In this document: positions 49,814-62,874 of the stretch, piece by piece
How the letters are laid out: the number at the start of each line of letters is the position of its first letter
Position numbering within the stretch: the stretch's first letter is position 1
Source of the DNA: Octopus bimaculoides
Taxonomy: Eukaryota
Direction of reading: 5' to 3'
Assembly (NCBI RefSeq): GCF_001194135.2
Contig: NC_068982.1
Span: forward strand, 113,526,044-113,590,043
Length of the DNA stretch: 64,000 bases
Made by a program: the position numbers and the translations under genes
Notes under the pieces: generated by a model
What the model was told of the DNA's origin: nothing
The model's database searches: none
The model's input: only the letters and a program-made list of their open reading frames with translations

Positions 49814-50363
49814 NNNNNNNNNNNNNNNNNNNNNNNNNNNNNNNNNNNNNNNNNNNNNNNNNNNNNNNNNNNNNNNNNNNNNNNNNNNNNNNNNNNNNNN
49901 NNNNNNNNNNNNNNNNNNNNNNNNNNNNNNNNNNNNNNNNNNNNNNNNNNNNNNNNNNNNNNNNNNNNNNNNNNNNNNNNNNNNNNNNNNNNNNNNNNNN
50001 NNNNNNNNNNNNNNNNNNNNNNNNNNNNNNNNNNNNNNNNNNNNNNNNNNNNNNNNNNNNNNNNNNNNNNNNNNNNNNNNNNNNNNNNNNNNNNNNNNNN
50101 NNNNNNNNNNNNNNNNNNNNNNNNNNNNNNNNNNNNNNNNNNNNNNNNNNNNNNNNNNNNNNNNNNNNNNNNNNNNNNNNNNNNNNNNNNNNNNNNNNNN
50201 NNNNNNNNNNNNNNNNNNNNNNNNNNNNNNNNNNNNNNNNNNNNNNNNNNNNNNNNNNNNNNNNNNNNNNNNNNNNNNNNNNNNNNNNNNNNNNNNNNNN
50301 NNNNNNNNNNNNNNNNNNNNNNNNNNNNNNNNNNNNNNNNNNNNNNNNNNNNNNNNNNNNNNN

Positions 50364-50394
<31 letters not shown>

Positions 50395-50710
50395 GTAATG
50401 TTAATGTGCATCCACTACACGTTGCATATTCTTGCCTTTGTGTGAACTCCATCTGCCAACATTGTTACGTAATTCTGAGCTTCAGGAAACTGCTGTCGGA
50501 CCTGTAATACCATACCTTCTCCCCTTAGTTTTCTTTGTCTTTGTCCTCTGTGCAAATCTGCTTCGTTAATATATAAATATCTATATATCCATACATGAAC
50601 GTGCAATGTCTGATTAGTTTCAGTCTTTATTTCTATCTATTTGCATGTATATATGTATACATATTTTATGTATCAAGCCCAAGCTTGTTTATTTGTTTGT
50701 TTGTATCATT

Positions 50711-50746
<36 letters not shown>

Positions 50747-50747
50747 A

Positions 50748-50950
50748 TACGAGGAGGTGCTGAAAAGTTCCTGGCTTTGGGTAAAAGAAAATACAAGTAG
50801 GTCAGATAATTATGATTTTATTCAAGATATTTTCCCTCTCAGATTCACACTTATTGCCGCGGCCCTTCAGTTTTACTAAGCCTTGTAAAACGAACTTGGA
50901 AGGTTGGGCCACCAGCCAGGTCTTTCGCGGTATCCTTAAAGCCAGGAACT

Positions 50951-50955
<5 letters not shown>
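50748..50955. mobile_element. Tc1/mariner-like MITE, right TIR interrupted by (CA)n
   Basis: TA|CGAGGAGGTGCTGAAAAGTTCCTGGCTTT left TIR; AAAGCCAGGAACTTTTCA at 50938-50955 is its reverse complement. Confidence 0.8.
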
Positions 50956-50995
<40 letters not shown>

Positions 50996-51446
50996 TACAC
51001 GCAGCAGGTGGGCTGGAAAGTTCATAGGCTGGCTGTTTGTTGTGGTTTAACTCCAGCTCAACACTGGTCATATAAAAACATTACAATATATTCTTTCAGC
51101 TTATAATAAGAAAGAGTGTGATTTGAGGCGGTTTTAACTGCTATTTCTGGCTATTCGACTACACAGTCGAAAATTCCACTAGCCACCATCAGCTTTTCTA
51201 ATTTCAGTGAACAAAACAGTTGCTACTACCTTTTCCTAAATGAACGCAGCTTAAGTAAAATATGAAAATGCTGACAACCAGAAAGGCATGGCTTTTACTG
51301 AGTACTCATGACATTATCTGTTTTACTACTTTCTCTAACACTTTTCGTCTTTCCTTGTCTTCAAAGCAGACTTCTATTCAGTTATTTTGGTATCTGCATC
51401 AGGTAACAACTTTTTTCAGGCTTACATCTCTACAATACATCAAATC

Positions 51447-51522
<76 letters not shown>

Positions 51523-51829
51523 ACCTACCTACCAACCAACAGGTATCGGTGATCAATGGTCTCCATACTCTCGTCTTAAAATTCATGATTTTCTTGAGAA
51601 AGATATAGCAGTGATTTTCCCCGTTATTTTCTGCTGGTTTATTGACAGCCCACTCTGCTAGTTTCTCTCAAGTTTGCCCTTGAAGCACAGGGCCTGTTTA
51701 ACCCTTAAACAACAACAGTTTCACATACCATCAAGTTATATCCAAACACTTGGCCTGTGTGATACGTATCTCGGAACCAACCCTTTCTCGAGTTTTGTAT
51801 GTTTTAGCTACAGGGCTGTCTTCTGCTAT

Positions 51830-51990
51830 TTGATCCATAACTGGACAGGTACTACCACATCGAGCCAGAGCGAACCTAGGAGTGGTGGTGACTAGTGGAG
51901 GGTGAGGGGTGACGCCATATTCCCCGAAACTTCTTAACTCCTGAGCTGGAATCTCATCACCTAATGCAGTTTAATGTCTTACTCAGGACC
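51830..51990 (+). repeat. Diverged fragment of another dispersed repeat (ACAGGTACTACCAC...GAGC..ACCTAGGAGT)
   Basis: Recognised from memory as a common octopus interspersed repeat; single copy in this window. Confidence 0.4.
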
Positions 51991-52168
51991 GATCAATTCA
52001 TAAATCAAAATCATAGCATAAAATCATGGGTTTCTTATGAAGTCCCTGAATGTTCAAACCAGAGTTTTAAAAATGGCAATTCTATACTATCTTGTTAAAA
52101 ACCATAAATTTTTTACTCCTTGAAACTGTGTCACTGAAACTTGCCTGCACAGAACATCCCAGGTCTAC

Positions 52169-52204
<36 letters not shown>

Positions 52205-52235
52205 TTATCTATCTATCCATCTCTCTCTCATTCGT

Positions 52236-52294
<59 letters not shown>

Positions 52295-54277
52295 CTATCT
52301 ATCTCTCTTCTCTCCACGTATCACATCAGTTATTTCTGCTATCCCACTTTATCTATAACACCCCTCTTTTCATCTCTGAAATTACTGGTGCTTATACTTC
52401 ACCGATTTTCCTTCCTCTTATATCTCCTGCGTCTCATCACTCAGTCCCCAGACTTAAGACTGTATTTCTCAGTTGTTTTGTTGTTGTTTCTTTTTTTTTT
52501 ACTTCGCATTACTAAATCCTTTTATTCATTTGTACCCACCAAACACAAAACAGTAATACATAATATAAAAATACAACAGTTATCATACTAACCTTACTGT
52601 TATATATAGCAAATAATTCAACACCTTATTTACAGTCAAAGACTAAGAACTGTAATAATTCACATCCCTCCACTACATCACCACCTCACATCCTCCAATA
52701 CTTTCACAGTTCCGCTATCTTCACAAGTGATGCACATCCACACTCATTACAAAACACGCAGTTCCACCACATTCACAACTTGCACACCTGCACCAACATG
52801 GTAACACTCACGGCTAGAATAGCTGCTTAACACTCATCCCACACACCATCACTACCACTACTTCCACTGACACAACTTTAAGAACCTTGATGACAACTTC
52901 ATGATATGTTGAACACCATGTGTGAAATAAAAGAAAGTCAATAAACTCAATATGCAGTCGATTAGCAGAATCAATAAAACGTCGAGCAAATGCCTTTCCG
53001 TAATTATTCCAAGATCTTTGTTTTCTAAGTTCAAATCCACCGAGTTCGACATGAAATTTCTACCTTTCTGGTATTGATAGATACAAAAAAGTCAATTGCT
53101 GGCTCTATTTCTTGTTTTTTCACAGAATCGACTATGTCAATGCTACTCAAAATATGTTCCGAAGAATCCTTGGGTTCTGTGAAAAAGCTCCGGGATTCCA
53201 TAAGGAAAAGGGACTTCGCAATAAGGAAGCAACAAATAAAAAAAAGTAAAAATGTGTATTGTATACATTTTTCTGTTTATTCCTTAATTTCAAATTCAAA
53301 CGTTTAATCTCACCAAATATTATGAATAAATTATCTCCCTTGTATTAACTGCTCTAGAGGACACCGCGTATGTCTTTAATGATTTTTTCACTACTTCAGA
53401 GTAATATGCCTTTGTTTGTTTGTTTTGTTTGCTTGTTTGTTGGCCTGTTGTGTTTTTTTTACTTTGTTTTTAGTTTTTTCATATGAATAATAATTCTCTC
53501 TTTAAACAATCTTAGCTAATTTAATGTCTTCTTTACGATATCTGGTTTCTCCTTGAAATAGAGGTAAGGGTTTAACGATTTTTTTTAGAAATCGTTTTAA
53601 TTTGAAGAAACATTGGACAATGCTATGCTGTAAGAGGCCCTTTTTCATCCAAGGAACAAAGGAGAGTTGAATTAGGAACTAACAACTTCTTTCCATTTAT
53701 CTGACTACAAAAATTGCCTAATAAAACTGTAAAACATGGTAGGCATGGACGGATTGATGTGCTGTGTAGCAGGAAATGGTTAGAAATATAAGTAAAAAAC
53801 TATTTTAATTTACAAAATATATTACTTATTTGTATTGCAGTACATTCTTTTCGAAACGCTTTGATGTTGTTTCTCCAAATATTTTCTTGCTCTTCTCCAT
53901 TGTATTTCCACTACGTCCAGCAAAACCCTACCTGCTACAATGGGGTTTATTGATTTCAAATGTGCTCAGACAGGTTTCAAATAGAATGTCAGAAGAAAGA
54001 GCTCACTAAAAAGCATAGTGTATCCTAAAGAATTATAAATAGTACTTTGGCCATATCTATAGAATGGCAGCTGTCAGTTATTATTTGGGAGTGTGGATGT
54101 ATGTCTTACAAGTAGGACTGCAAATACAGTTTATGCTACCACTAATATATTTCAATACTATTTTCTTCTACATAGTATACTTCTCTTGAGGTATAAAGCG
54201 GTTTTTGCTTATTTATCTGGGAGGATGGGGTTCATGAGACAGTATTCCAGTTTAGGTCATAAATATTCTGTTCTGTA

Positions 54278-54905
54278 AGGACAGCGAGCTGGCAGAATTG
54301 TTAGCACTTTACGTTCTGAGTTCAAATGTCGCAGGGGTCGACTTTGCCTTTCATCCTTTCGGGGTCGATAAAGAAAGTACCAGTTGAACACTGAGACTGA
54401 TGTAATTAACTTATCCCTTCTCCCGAAAATGCCAAAATTTGAAATCAATATTCTGTTCTGTGAAACAGTGAGTTCAAATTCGACTAGAATCGACTTTCAT
54501 CTCTCCCGAGTTGATAAAATGAATTGTACCAACAATTTCTTACACAGAAATAATTATTATTACTAATCAAAATCTTGTGCCTCTTTACGTTCTGAGTTCA
54601 AAATCCACAGATGTCAACTTTGCTTTTATCCTTTCGGGATCGATAAAATAAGTACTAATTGAGCACTTGAGTCAATGTAATTGACAAGCCTTCTTCCAGA
54701 AAATTTCAGGCCTTGTGCATATACTAGAAAGGATTGTTACTAGTCAAAAATCTTCCACTTCTTTACGTTCTGAGTTCAAATTCCACCGAGGTCGATTTTC
54801 CGTTTCATTCTTTCAAAGACGATAAAATAAGTAGGAGTTAAGTACTGACGTCGATGTGATCGACTTACTACCTTCCATTAAAACTGTTGATATTGCGTCA
54901 AAATT
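54278..54905 (+). mobile_element. Head-to-tail run of four SINE family B units
   Basis: GAGTTCAAA B-box-like motif recurs at about 54320, 54470, 54595 and 54772, each followed by the GTCGATAAAAT-type core. Confidence 0.87.
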
Positions 54906-55418
54906 TAAAACCATTATTACAAGTCTCAAAGCCACTCTGCGAGTGAACTTTAAATGTAGTTCCTGCAGAACGTTCTTGGTCCCTCGGCCTAAAGTTAACA
55001 AAATTTAAGAATCTATATAAGTAAAACGAAAATACATAATAACATCATTAATTATTTTATTTGCTAAAGGAATATTTGCTAAAGGAATATTGTGAATATT
55101 TCTCACCACAAAACTTCGCCCGATATTCTGGAGCCTTAGTACCGCTGAAGTTTTGTGATTTTTCCAATTTAATACTCTACCCAGTCAGTTCGAATCAAAA
55201 CTTCACTGGATCTTTTCTCGCCTTTTTGCTTGAATCAGTAAGTTTTCACTATTCTCGCTTTTCATTTTCTTTTTATTATTGTCATTTTGTTTCTCCTCAA
55301 TTCCAATCTTGCTTTTTCACTTCTCTATCTTGATTCCGATATGTACAACTTTTCTAACTTAGCTTCATTGAAAATATATAAAACCATTACGGTTCACAAA
55401 TTTTAATTTCACCTTTTC

Positions 55419-55419
55419 A

Positions 55420-55501
<82 letters not shown>
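55419..55501. repeat. (TA)n microsatellite
   Basis: Directly visible. Confidence 0.97.
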
Positions 55502-55505
<4 letters not shown>

Positions 55506-55950
55506 GTTTACTGTTCTGTTAAGGTAAGATCAACAAAAAGTGGTACTCCATCCAGTGATAGATAAATATCGTTTAATGTACACAGTATAAAGATACGAGC
55601 TATTAATAGTTTCTTGCTATGAAGACACGTGTCTAATCAGGTTTTTATAACGTGCCTTGTGACTCCAAACAATCTTTGGGTTCTGAGTACATTGTAAGTT
55701 CTATTTGAAAATCAGGACGCTCGTACATGAGAAATCATGAGAAAGAAAAAACGAGAAGGTAGGTGCAAAATGTGGAAGGGTGAATAAAAACGAAAAAAGA
55801 AAAGGAGGAAAATTAGAGTTACGTCGCAATTAGAGTTACGATGCAAATTAAACTAGCTGTTGTAGTATAATTCAACGGGGAGGGGTCTAAGGTCTTCGAG
55901 GCAGCTGCTCAATCTGGAGAGGGTGGTGTCCTCCGGTACACCAAAAGAAA

Positions 55951-56190
55951 TTAGTCCATATGCTTGTATTTGCTGAAAACTTCAGATTTGTAAGTAAGTA
56001 GTGCGACAGAATTCTAAGATCTAAAAGGAATGTGCGATCTTTCAGCTATGCATAAGTTGCATTTCTTAGATCCATTTACATATGGCATAGATTTCTCAAC
56101 GATTCTCCACTTGATTGTGTACTGTTGGTCTTCAAACCCCAACTTAATGACTTTACTTTTATCGATGTGCTGGAAAGAAAACTGGTGGTT
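55951..56190 (-). mobile_element. PLE GIY-YIG endonuclease C-terminal fragment
   Basis: NHQFSFQH...YTIKWRIVEKSMPYVNGSKKCNLCIAERSHI...LLTYKSEVFSKYKH (cf. IKWxIxxKAxPY..CxLCLxEK..LLNKRSELISKCRH). Confidence 0.85.
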
Positions 56191-57199
56191 TGCACAGTCA
56201 TCCCCCACCCCCACATGTATGTATATATATATATATAATATGTCCTGTACATATTCTATCGTCTATTTTGTTGAACCGCTAGTTTACGAAAGCGTAAACA
56301 AGCCAACACCAGTTCTCAAGTAGTGGAAGGAACAAACACCAAGATATGCACACATACGCGCTTGCACGTACACACTCGCGCACACACACTCATACACACA
56401 CACACTCACACACATACACACATGCGCGCGCACGCACACACACACACACAGTGGTATGCTTTGATGCAATACATTTTACCAGAATTGTTCAACTCAATGT
56501 CCGGTTAAACATTCTACTCCCATACCTTCATTTTGATAACCGTATTATCAAAATGAGGACAGATCAGATTGTTGTGGAAAAGAGCCGCATAGAATCAGAA
56601 TAAAAACAAAACAACATCATATATTCTATTTTCTTCTGTTTCTAAAAGCACTTATATTCAGCACATAGGCACATACCACGGTGTTTTTGTTGTTTCTGTT
56701 TTCATTTTTTTGTTTTGTTCTTTTTTTTTTGTAAATTCTTGTGCTAAATATATATCCTCATATGAATCAATGATTTTATACTTATAAGTAATTGTATGTT
56801 CCATATATAAAGCTGAATCCTTTAAAACAACTTCCAGTATCATGCCTACTCAACTCCAGACACTGCACTACCCTTAACGCTAGATGTCAATGTAAATCAC
56901 TAATCGCAATGCTTCATCAAAAACTGGTTCCGTTGTATTAATACCGTTGACCCCCGTTAAGGCAGACTTAGCTTTGTCCACGCTTCGCTAGATTCGGATT
57001 TCTGCGTCAATTTAACCGATGTTTGCCAATTACGTCCATCAAAATTAGAGAATATTCACCAGTTACGGTTATATAAGCCCATCAAGTATTACTCATTGAG
57101 CGTTGCACCATCGCATCATCACACCCATTCATTATACGGTCAGATGTTCAGTGAAGCTGTCATGTTTCTGTTGATAAATAGCACCAGTTTGATGCATAC

Positions 57200-57239
<40 letters not shown>

Positions 57240-57457
57240 TAAAGTGTTTTCTTTAAATAGGAGGAAACCGATGATGGTTTATATCAGCAACAATTCNNNN
57301 NNNNNNNNNNNNNNNNNNNNNNNNNNNNNNNNNNNNNNNNNNNNNNNNNNNNNNNNNNNNNNNNNNNNNNNNNNNNNNNNNNNNNNNNNNNNNNNNNNNN
57401 NNNNNNNNNNNNNNNNNNNNNNNNNNNNNNNNNNNNNNNNNNNNNNNNNNNNNNNNN

Positions 57458-57510
<53 letters not shown>

Positions 57511-57749
57511 ATATACAAGTGCACAACACACACACACACATATATATATATATGCCTTTATATATGTAATTATATATTCGTGCTTATATATAAATGCTGC
57601 ATCTATATATAGTCATGTGCGTGTATATGTATGTATATATAATTATATGTACACATACAAATCGATAGATGGACAGATACATAGATTAATACATACAGAC
57701 ATTCATACATGCATGCATACATACATACATACATACATACATACATACA

Positions 57750-57780
<31 letters not shown>

Positions 57781-58582
57781 TAAACCTTCAATAACATCAT
57801 ATAAATGTCAGCTGGAAATGTTCCAGGACGTTTCTGATTTAATAGATACTTCCTGGTCAATGTATATTATATTTAACGTTTGTCCAAATATAACCTTTGA
57901 TTATATTATTAAGAGAGATACTTACAGTTGTTTACAGTTCTTTTTTTTTATTCCACGTCCGTCCTGATTGATCAGACCTCTAATTAAAAGCATTCCAAAA
58001 AGGCCGATATCGTCTTTTCAGACACAGTTGATTCCAGATTTAATCAGCCAGTATATCCCTTCGCTGTTTTTTAGAAATCTTTGGCTGTTATTACTAACAT
58101 ATGAAGTAACCATATACAGGCTCCCTCATCGGCTTATGAATAGACGTTTAATGTTCATAATTGTTCACGGTTGTTTAGAGTCCTACCTGCTTGTTTGATC
58201 TTTGCAAACTCTCTATTTCTATAGTATTTTTATTCAAGTAATATAACCATAAAAACACATATAATAGACGTATCCCGACTGAAACTAGACTGTAACCTAG
58301 AATAATTTCAGCAGAACATTTTATGGTTTCAGTAACAACATTATTTAACTAAATTTTATGTCTATGAGGGTTTTACAATGTACTGTTTTATTTATCAAGA
58401 TGCCCTGTCGTCTCTAGAAGGTTATTTTTAAGACTGGAGACTGCCAAGGTATTACTATATAGTACCTCACAAGATTTGCCTGAGGGAAGAGAGTGTGCCC
58501 CCGCCAGTAACAGACAATTGTCCTCGCCCACGGGCATTACAGAGACCGTGTCATTTAACAAAACACTTAAACGCTTAATTTT

Positions 58583-58585
<3 letters not shown>

Positions 58586-58637
<52 letters not shown>

Positions 58638-58705
58638 CGCGCGCGTGCGTGTGCGCGTGTGTGTGCGCGGGTGTGTGCGTGTGCGCGGGTGTGCGCGCGC
58701 GCGCA
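58586..58705. repeat. (TG)n/(CG)n alternating purine-pyrimidine tract
   Basis: Directly visible; a similar (CG)n run lies at about 41915-41933. Confidence 0.95.
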
Positions 58706-58724
58706 TGCAAATGTGTTGTTGTGA

Positions 58725-58929
58725 TTGGCAAAATCGTCAGCACGCCGGATGAAACGCTTAGCGGTATTTCGTCCATCTTTACATTCTGTGTTCAGATTCC
58801 GCCGAGATCGAATTTGCCTTTCATTCTTTCGGGTCGATGAAATAAGTACGTGTGAAACACCAGGGTCGATGTAATCGACTGATCCCCACCACCCAGCAAA
58901 TTTCAGGCCTTATGCCTATTGTAGAAAGG

Positions 58930-58963
<34 letters not shown>

Positions 58964-59314
58964 CACCGAGGTCGACTTTGGTTTTCATCCTTTCGAGATC
59001 GATGAAATAAGTAGGAGTTGAACACTGGAGTCGATGTAATCGACTTACCTCCTCCCCTACATTTTCAGGCCTTGTGCCAAAATTTGAATCCATTATTATT
59101 ATCATTGGCGGCAAGCTGGTAGAATTGTTAGTACGCCAGACAAAATGCTTAGCGGCATTTAGTCTGTCTTTAGGTTCTGTGTTCAAATTCTCCGGGGTGA
59201 ACTTTACCTTTTATCTTTTTGAGGTCGATAAAATAAGTACCAGTTGAATATTGGACTTTAATCGACTATACCCCACCACCAAAAATATCAGGCCTTGTGC
59301 CCATAGTAGAAAGG

Positions 59315-59370
<56 letters not shown>

Positions 59371-60316
59371 TACTACTACTACTACTATTACTACTACTAC
59401 TACTACTACTACTANNNNNNNNNNNNNNNNNNNNNNNNNNNNNNNNNNNNNNNNNNNNNNNNNNNNNNNNNNNNNNNNNNNNNNNNNNNNNNNNNNNNNN
59501 NNNNNNNNNNNNNNNNNNNNNNNNNNNNNNNNNNNNNNNNNNNNNNNNNNNNNNNNNNNNNNNNNNNNNNNNNNNNNNNNNNNNNNNNNNNNNNNNNNNN
59601 NNNNNNNNNNNNNNNNNNNNNNNNNNNNNNNNNNNNNNNNNNNNNNNNNNNNNNNNNNNNNNNNNNNNNNNNNNNNNNNNNNNNNNNNNNNNNNNNNNNN
59701 NNNNNNNNNNNNNNNNNNNNNNNNNNNNNNNNNNNNNNNNNNNNNNNNNNNNNNNNNNNNNNNNNNNNNNNNNNNNNNNNNNNNNNNNNNNNNNNNNNNN
59801 NNNNNNNNNNNNNNNNNNNNNNNNNNNNNNNNNNNNNNNNNNNNNNNNNNNNNNNNNNNNNNNNNNNNNNNNNNNNNNNNNNNNNNNNNNNNNNNNNNNN
59901 NNNNNNNNNNNNNNNNNNNNNNNNNNNNNNNNNNNNNNNNNNNNNNNNNNNNNNNNNNNNNNNNNNNNNNNNNNNNNNNNNNNNNNNNNNNNNNNNNNNN
60001 NNNNNNNNNNNNNNNNNNNNNNNNNNNNNNNNNNNNNNNNNNNNNNNNNNNNNNNNNNNNNNNNNNNNNNNNNNNNNNNNNNNNNNNNNNNNNNNNNNNN
60101 NNNNNNNNNNNNNNNNNNNNNNNNNNNNNNNNNNNNNNNNNNNNNNNNNNNNNNNNNNNNNNNNNNNNNNNNNNNNNNNNNNNNNNNNNNNNNNNNNNNN
60201 NNNNNNNNNNNNNNNNNNNNNNNNNNNNNNNNNNNNNNNNNNNNNNNNNNNNNNNNNNNNNNNNNNNNNNNNNNNNNNNNNNNNNNNNNNNNNNNNNNNN
60301 NNNNNNNNNNNNNNNN

Positions 60317-60413
<97 letters not shown>

Positions 60414-60780
60414 ATCGGCGTGTTGGCAGAATCGTGAGCACTCCGGAATAATGCTTAACGGCATTACCTCGTCTTTTTGCTCTGAGTTCAAATTCAATCG
60501 AGATTGATTTTGCTTTTCATCCTTCTGGATTGATGTAATCGACTAACCACTCGTCCTGAAATTGCTGGTCTTGCGCCAAAAATTATGAGGATAATTGATT
60601 AGCAGAATCGTTGCTGCATCAGAAAATGCCTTGTGATATTTGTTCTGGGTTCAAATCTCGCCAAAGTTAACTTTGCCTCCCATCCTTCTGGAGTCAAAAA
60701 AATATTGTATCAATGGATCGAAGTAATCGACTAGCTCGCTCTTCAAAGTTCCAGGTCTTGTGCCTATATTAGAAACAGTT
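58725..60780 (+). mobile_element. Run of five same-strand SINE family B copies separated by (ATT)n tracts and a gap
   Basis: Copies at about 58725-58935, 58962-59100, 59105-59315, 60415-60585 and 60595-60780; tails AGAAAGGATT run directly into (ATT)n. Confidence 0.88.
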
Positions 60781-61051
60781 ATCTTTATTATTTAGGATTA
60801 CTAATGACTAATGTGATTTTATGAACACCTGAGATTTTAAAAAGTTATCCAGTTACGTTCTAAATTTGAACTTCGTGTGCGTGCGTGTGTGTGCGTGTGT
60901 GTGCGCGCGCGCATGTTTCTGTGGTGCCTTTGTGACCCTGTTACATACAGAGATGAAAATCTGTTCCCCTTTGATTGGAGAAAGACTTTACATTTTGAAG
61001 CTATCTATTTTAGTGTTTCGCAATCATGCATTTTAAAAAATATTTCTAAGC

Positions 61052-61170
61052 AGGAGTGGCGTGTGGTAAGTTGCTTACTTGCCGACCACATGGTTCTGGG
61101 TTCAGTCCCACTGCGTGACACCTCGGGCAAGTGTCTTCTACTATAGCCTCGGGCTGACCAAAGCCTCATC

Positions 61171-61215
<45 letters not shown>

Positions 61216-61265
61216 TGTGTGTCTGTGTTTATCCCCCCAACATCGCTTGACAACTGATGCTGGTG
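61052..61265 (+). mobile_element. tRNA/CORE-type SINE family A, internally deleted and 3'-truncated
   Basis: CAGGAGTGGCGTGTGGTAAG...GGGTTCAGTCCCACTGCGTGACACCTCGGGCAAGTGTCTTCTACTATAGCCTCGGG, (TA)n, then ACATCGCTTGACAACTGATGCTGGTG. Confidence 0.9.
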
Positions 61266-62069
61266 AGTTAGGAAACTAACTTATCGCTGTTATTACGAAA
61301 ATGAAGTAGGTCTATATCAGCCTTTGAAGGAGCAACTACATGAAGCATTGGTCATGTATGGCACACTGCCTGCTCTATCGACCGGGACAGGTTATATAGA
61401 AATGTGTGTCTGGTCTTTAAGATCGAACATGATGCTAGTCAACATGTTAAGCTGGTGTATCATAGATCCGATCACAAGCTGGTACCGCTGCATATGAGGA
61501 AACAGAAAAAGGATGATGGCCAATAGTTTTGCTACGGAGACATTGTTACTTCGCTTATCGTTACGTTTGTATTACAGTGCGAGAAAGTGGTGAGGGCAGA
61601 AGTGACAGACAACGACATGTAATTGAGTCGGATCCACATGAACATGCAAGTCCTGGAAGTCATCTTTTCTTGAGATTGCATGAAATTCGCGGTTCTTCGA
61701 ATTACTGAATTTATGGTTCTACTGAATGAACAACCATTCAAAGTTCATTTTACTGAATGAACAACCGTTCAAAGTAGAAACCAATGTGTTGATTAATGAG
61801 AAGATAAGGGTCAGGTTTTGTGGAAATTATGGGGGTGGCAAATTGTGGGTGATGGTAAAACTGCAACTACAGAGCATACACTACTAGACTGCGACTACCA
61901 AAAGGGGATTGGAACAATTCTCGCCTAGTCCGACACCAAAGACTTTCACTGATACCTACGGAACAGTTTCAAGTACCAATAGTTTAATGCAGTCGGTGAC
62001 GTTGTGTGCCCTGATTTAACCTAGGTGTCAGCTGCTCACTAATATGTGGGTGGGTTACTCTTATATGTA

Positions 62070-62360
62070 TATATTTGTTTATTCTTTTATTTTTTTACAC
62101 GTTTCTGCCATTTGAGTGCGGCCATACTGGAGCACAATTCTATAGAGTTTTAGTCGGAGAAATAGACCCCAGGACTTATTCTTTGTAAGCCTAGTACTTA
62201 TTCTATCAGTCTTTTTATACCGAACCGCTAAGTTACGGGGACGTAAACACACCAACATCGGTTGTCAAACGATGGTGTGGAGGACAAACACAGACAAAAA
62301 GACACTCACGCATAAATATATATACCTATATATACGACGGGCTTCTTTTAGTTTCCGTCA
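62070..62360 (-). mobile_element. SINE family A, 3' two-thirds
   Basis: Aligns with 8955-9230 (GACTTATTCTTTGTAAGCCTAGTACTTATTCTATC...CCGAACCGCTAAGTTACGGGGACGTAAACACACC). Confidence 0.9.
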
Positions 62361-62771
62361 CACAACTACGCATGTGCCTATATATATATATATTTGTGTG
62401 TGTTGTGTAATTTGCCAATATTTTAAATATGCCCTTGGCGTAAGGTATATTTTCTCCCTCCCACCTAGCATCACTTCTATCCCAGTTTATTTCTTTTATG
62501 TAACTGTTTGAACATTCATCTCCCACCCAGTTCGGTTTGCAAACTTCTCTGTAAAACATTAGGTAACGAATGAAGTAAAAAGTTTCGTCGTCATCATCAT
62601 CACCATCATTCTCATCGTCATCATTATTATAATAATTATTATTATTACTTTAGAAATAATTATAATGTAATCAGAGCAAATCGGGTAATTCCCATGACCT
62701 CTGCTGGCCTGTCCAGACTGCAAAGATCAATAGAACTGATATTCAGCTTGAATTTCTGTAAGTTGATGTTT

Positions 62772-62817
<46 letters not shown>

Positions 62818-62839
62818 TCTCACACACACACACACACAC

Positions 62840-62874
<35 letters not shown>

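Noticed and set aside
53159-53190. CCGAAGA...GAAA motif
   Set aside because: No stem II, palindrome or stem I.
54278-54905. CRISPR-like repeat-spacer array
   Set aside because: Units are 130-180-bp diverged SINE copies in a eukaryotic context, with no constant short repeat, unique spacers or cas genes.
55890-55925. Hammerhead downstream of the PLE EN fragment (GATTGAG...CTCGAAG on minus strand)
   Set aside because: Position is suggestive but both core halves deviate and the stems are not supported.
58418-58448. Exon with FKTGD resembling the adenylate-forming enzyme motif
   Set aside because: The GYFKTGD reading needs a frameshift (stop in frame); the open frame KVIFKTGDCQ is too short to support.
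11768-60507. Long ORFs containing X runs or YI/VC/HT/LS/poly-I/poly-N tracts
   Set aside because: Artefacts of N gaps and microsatellites; not coding.
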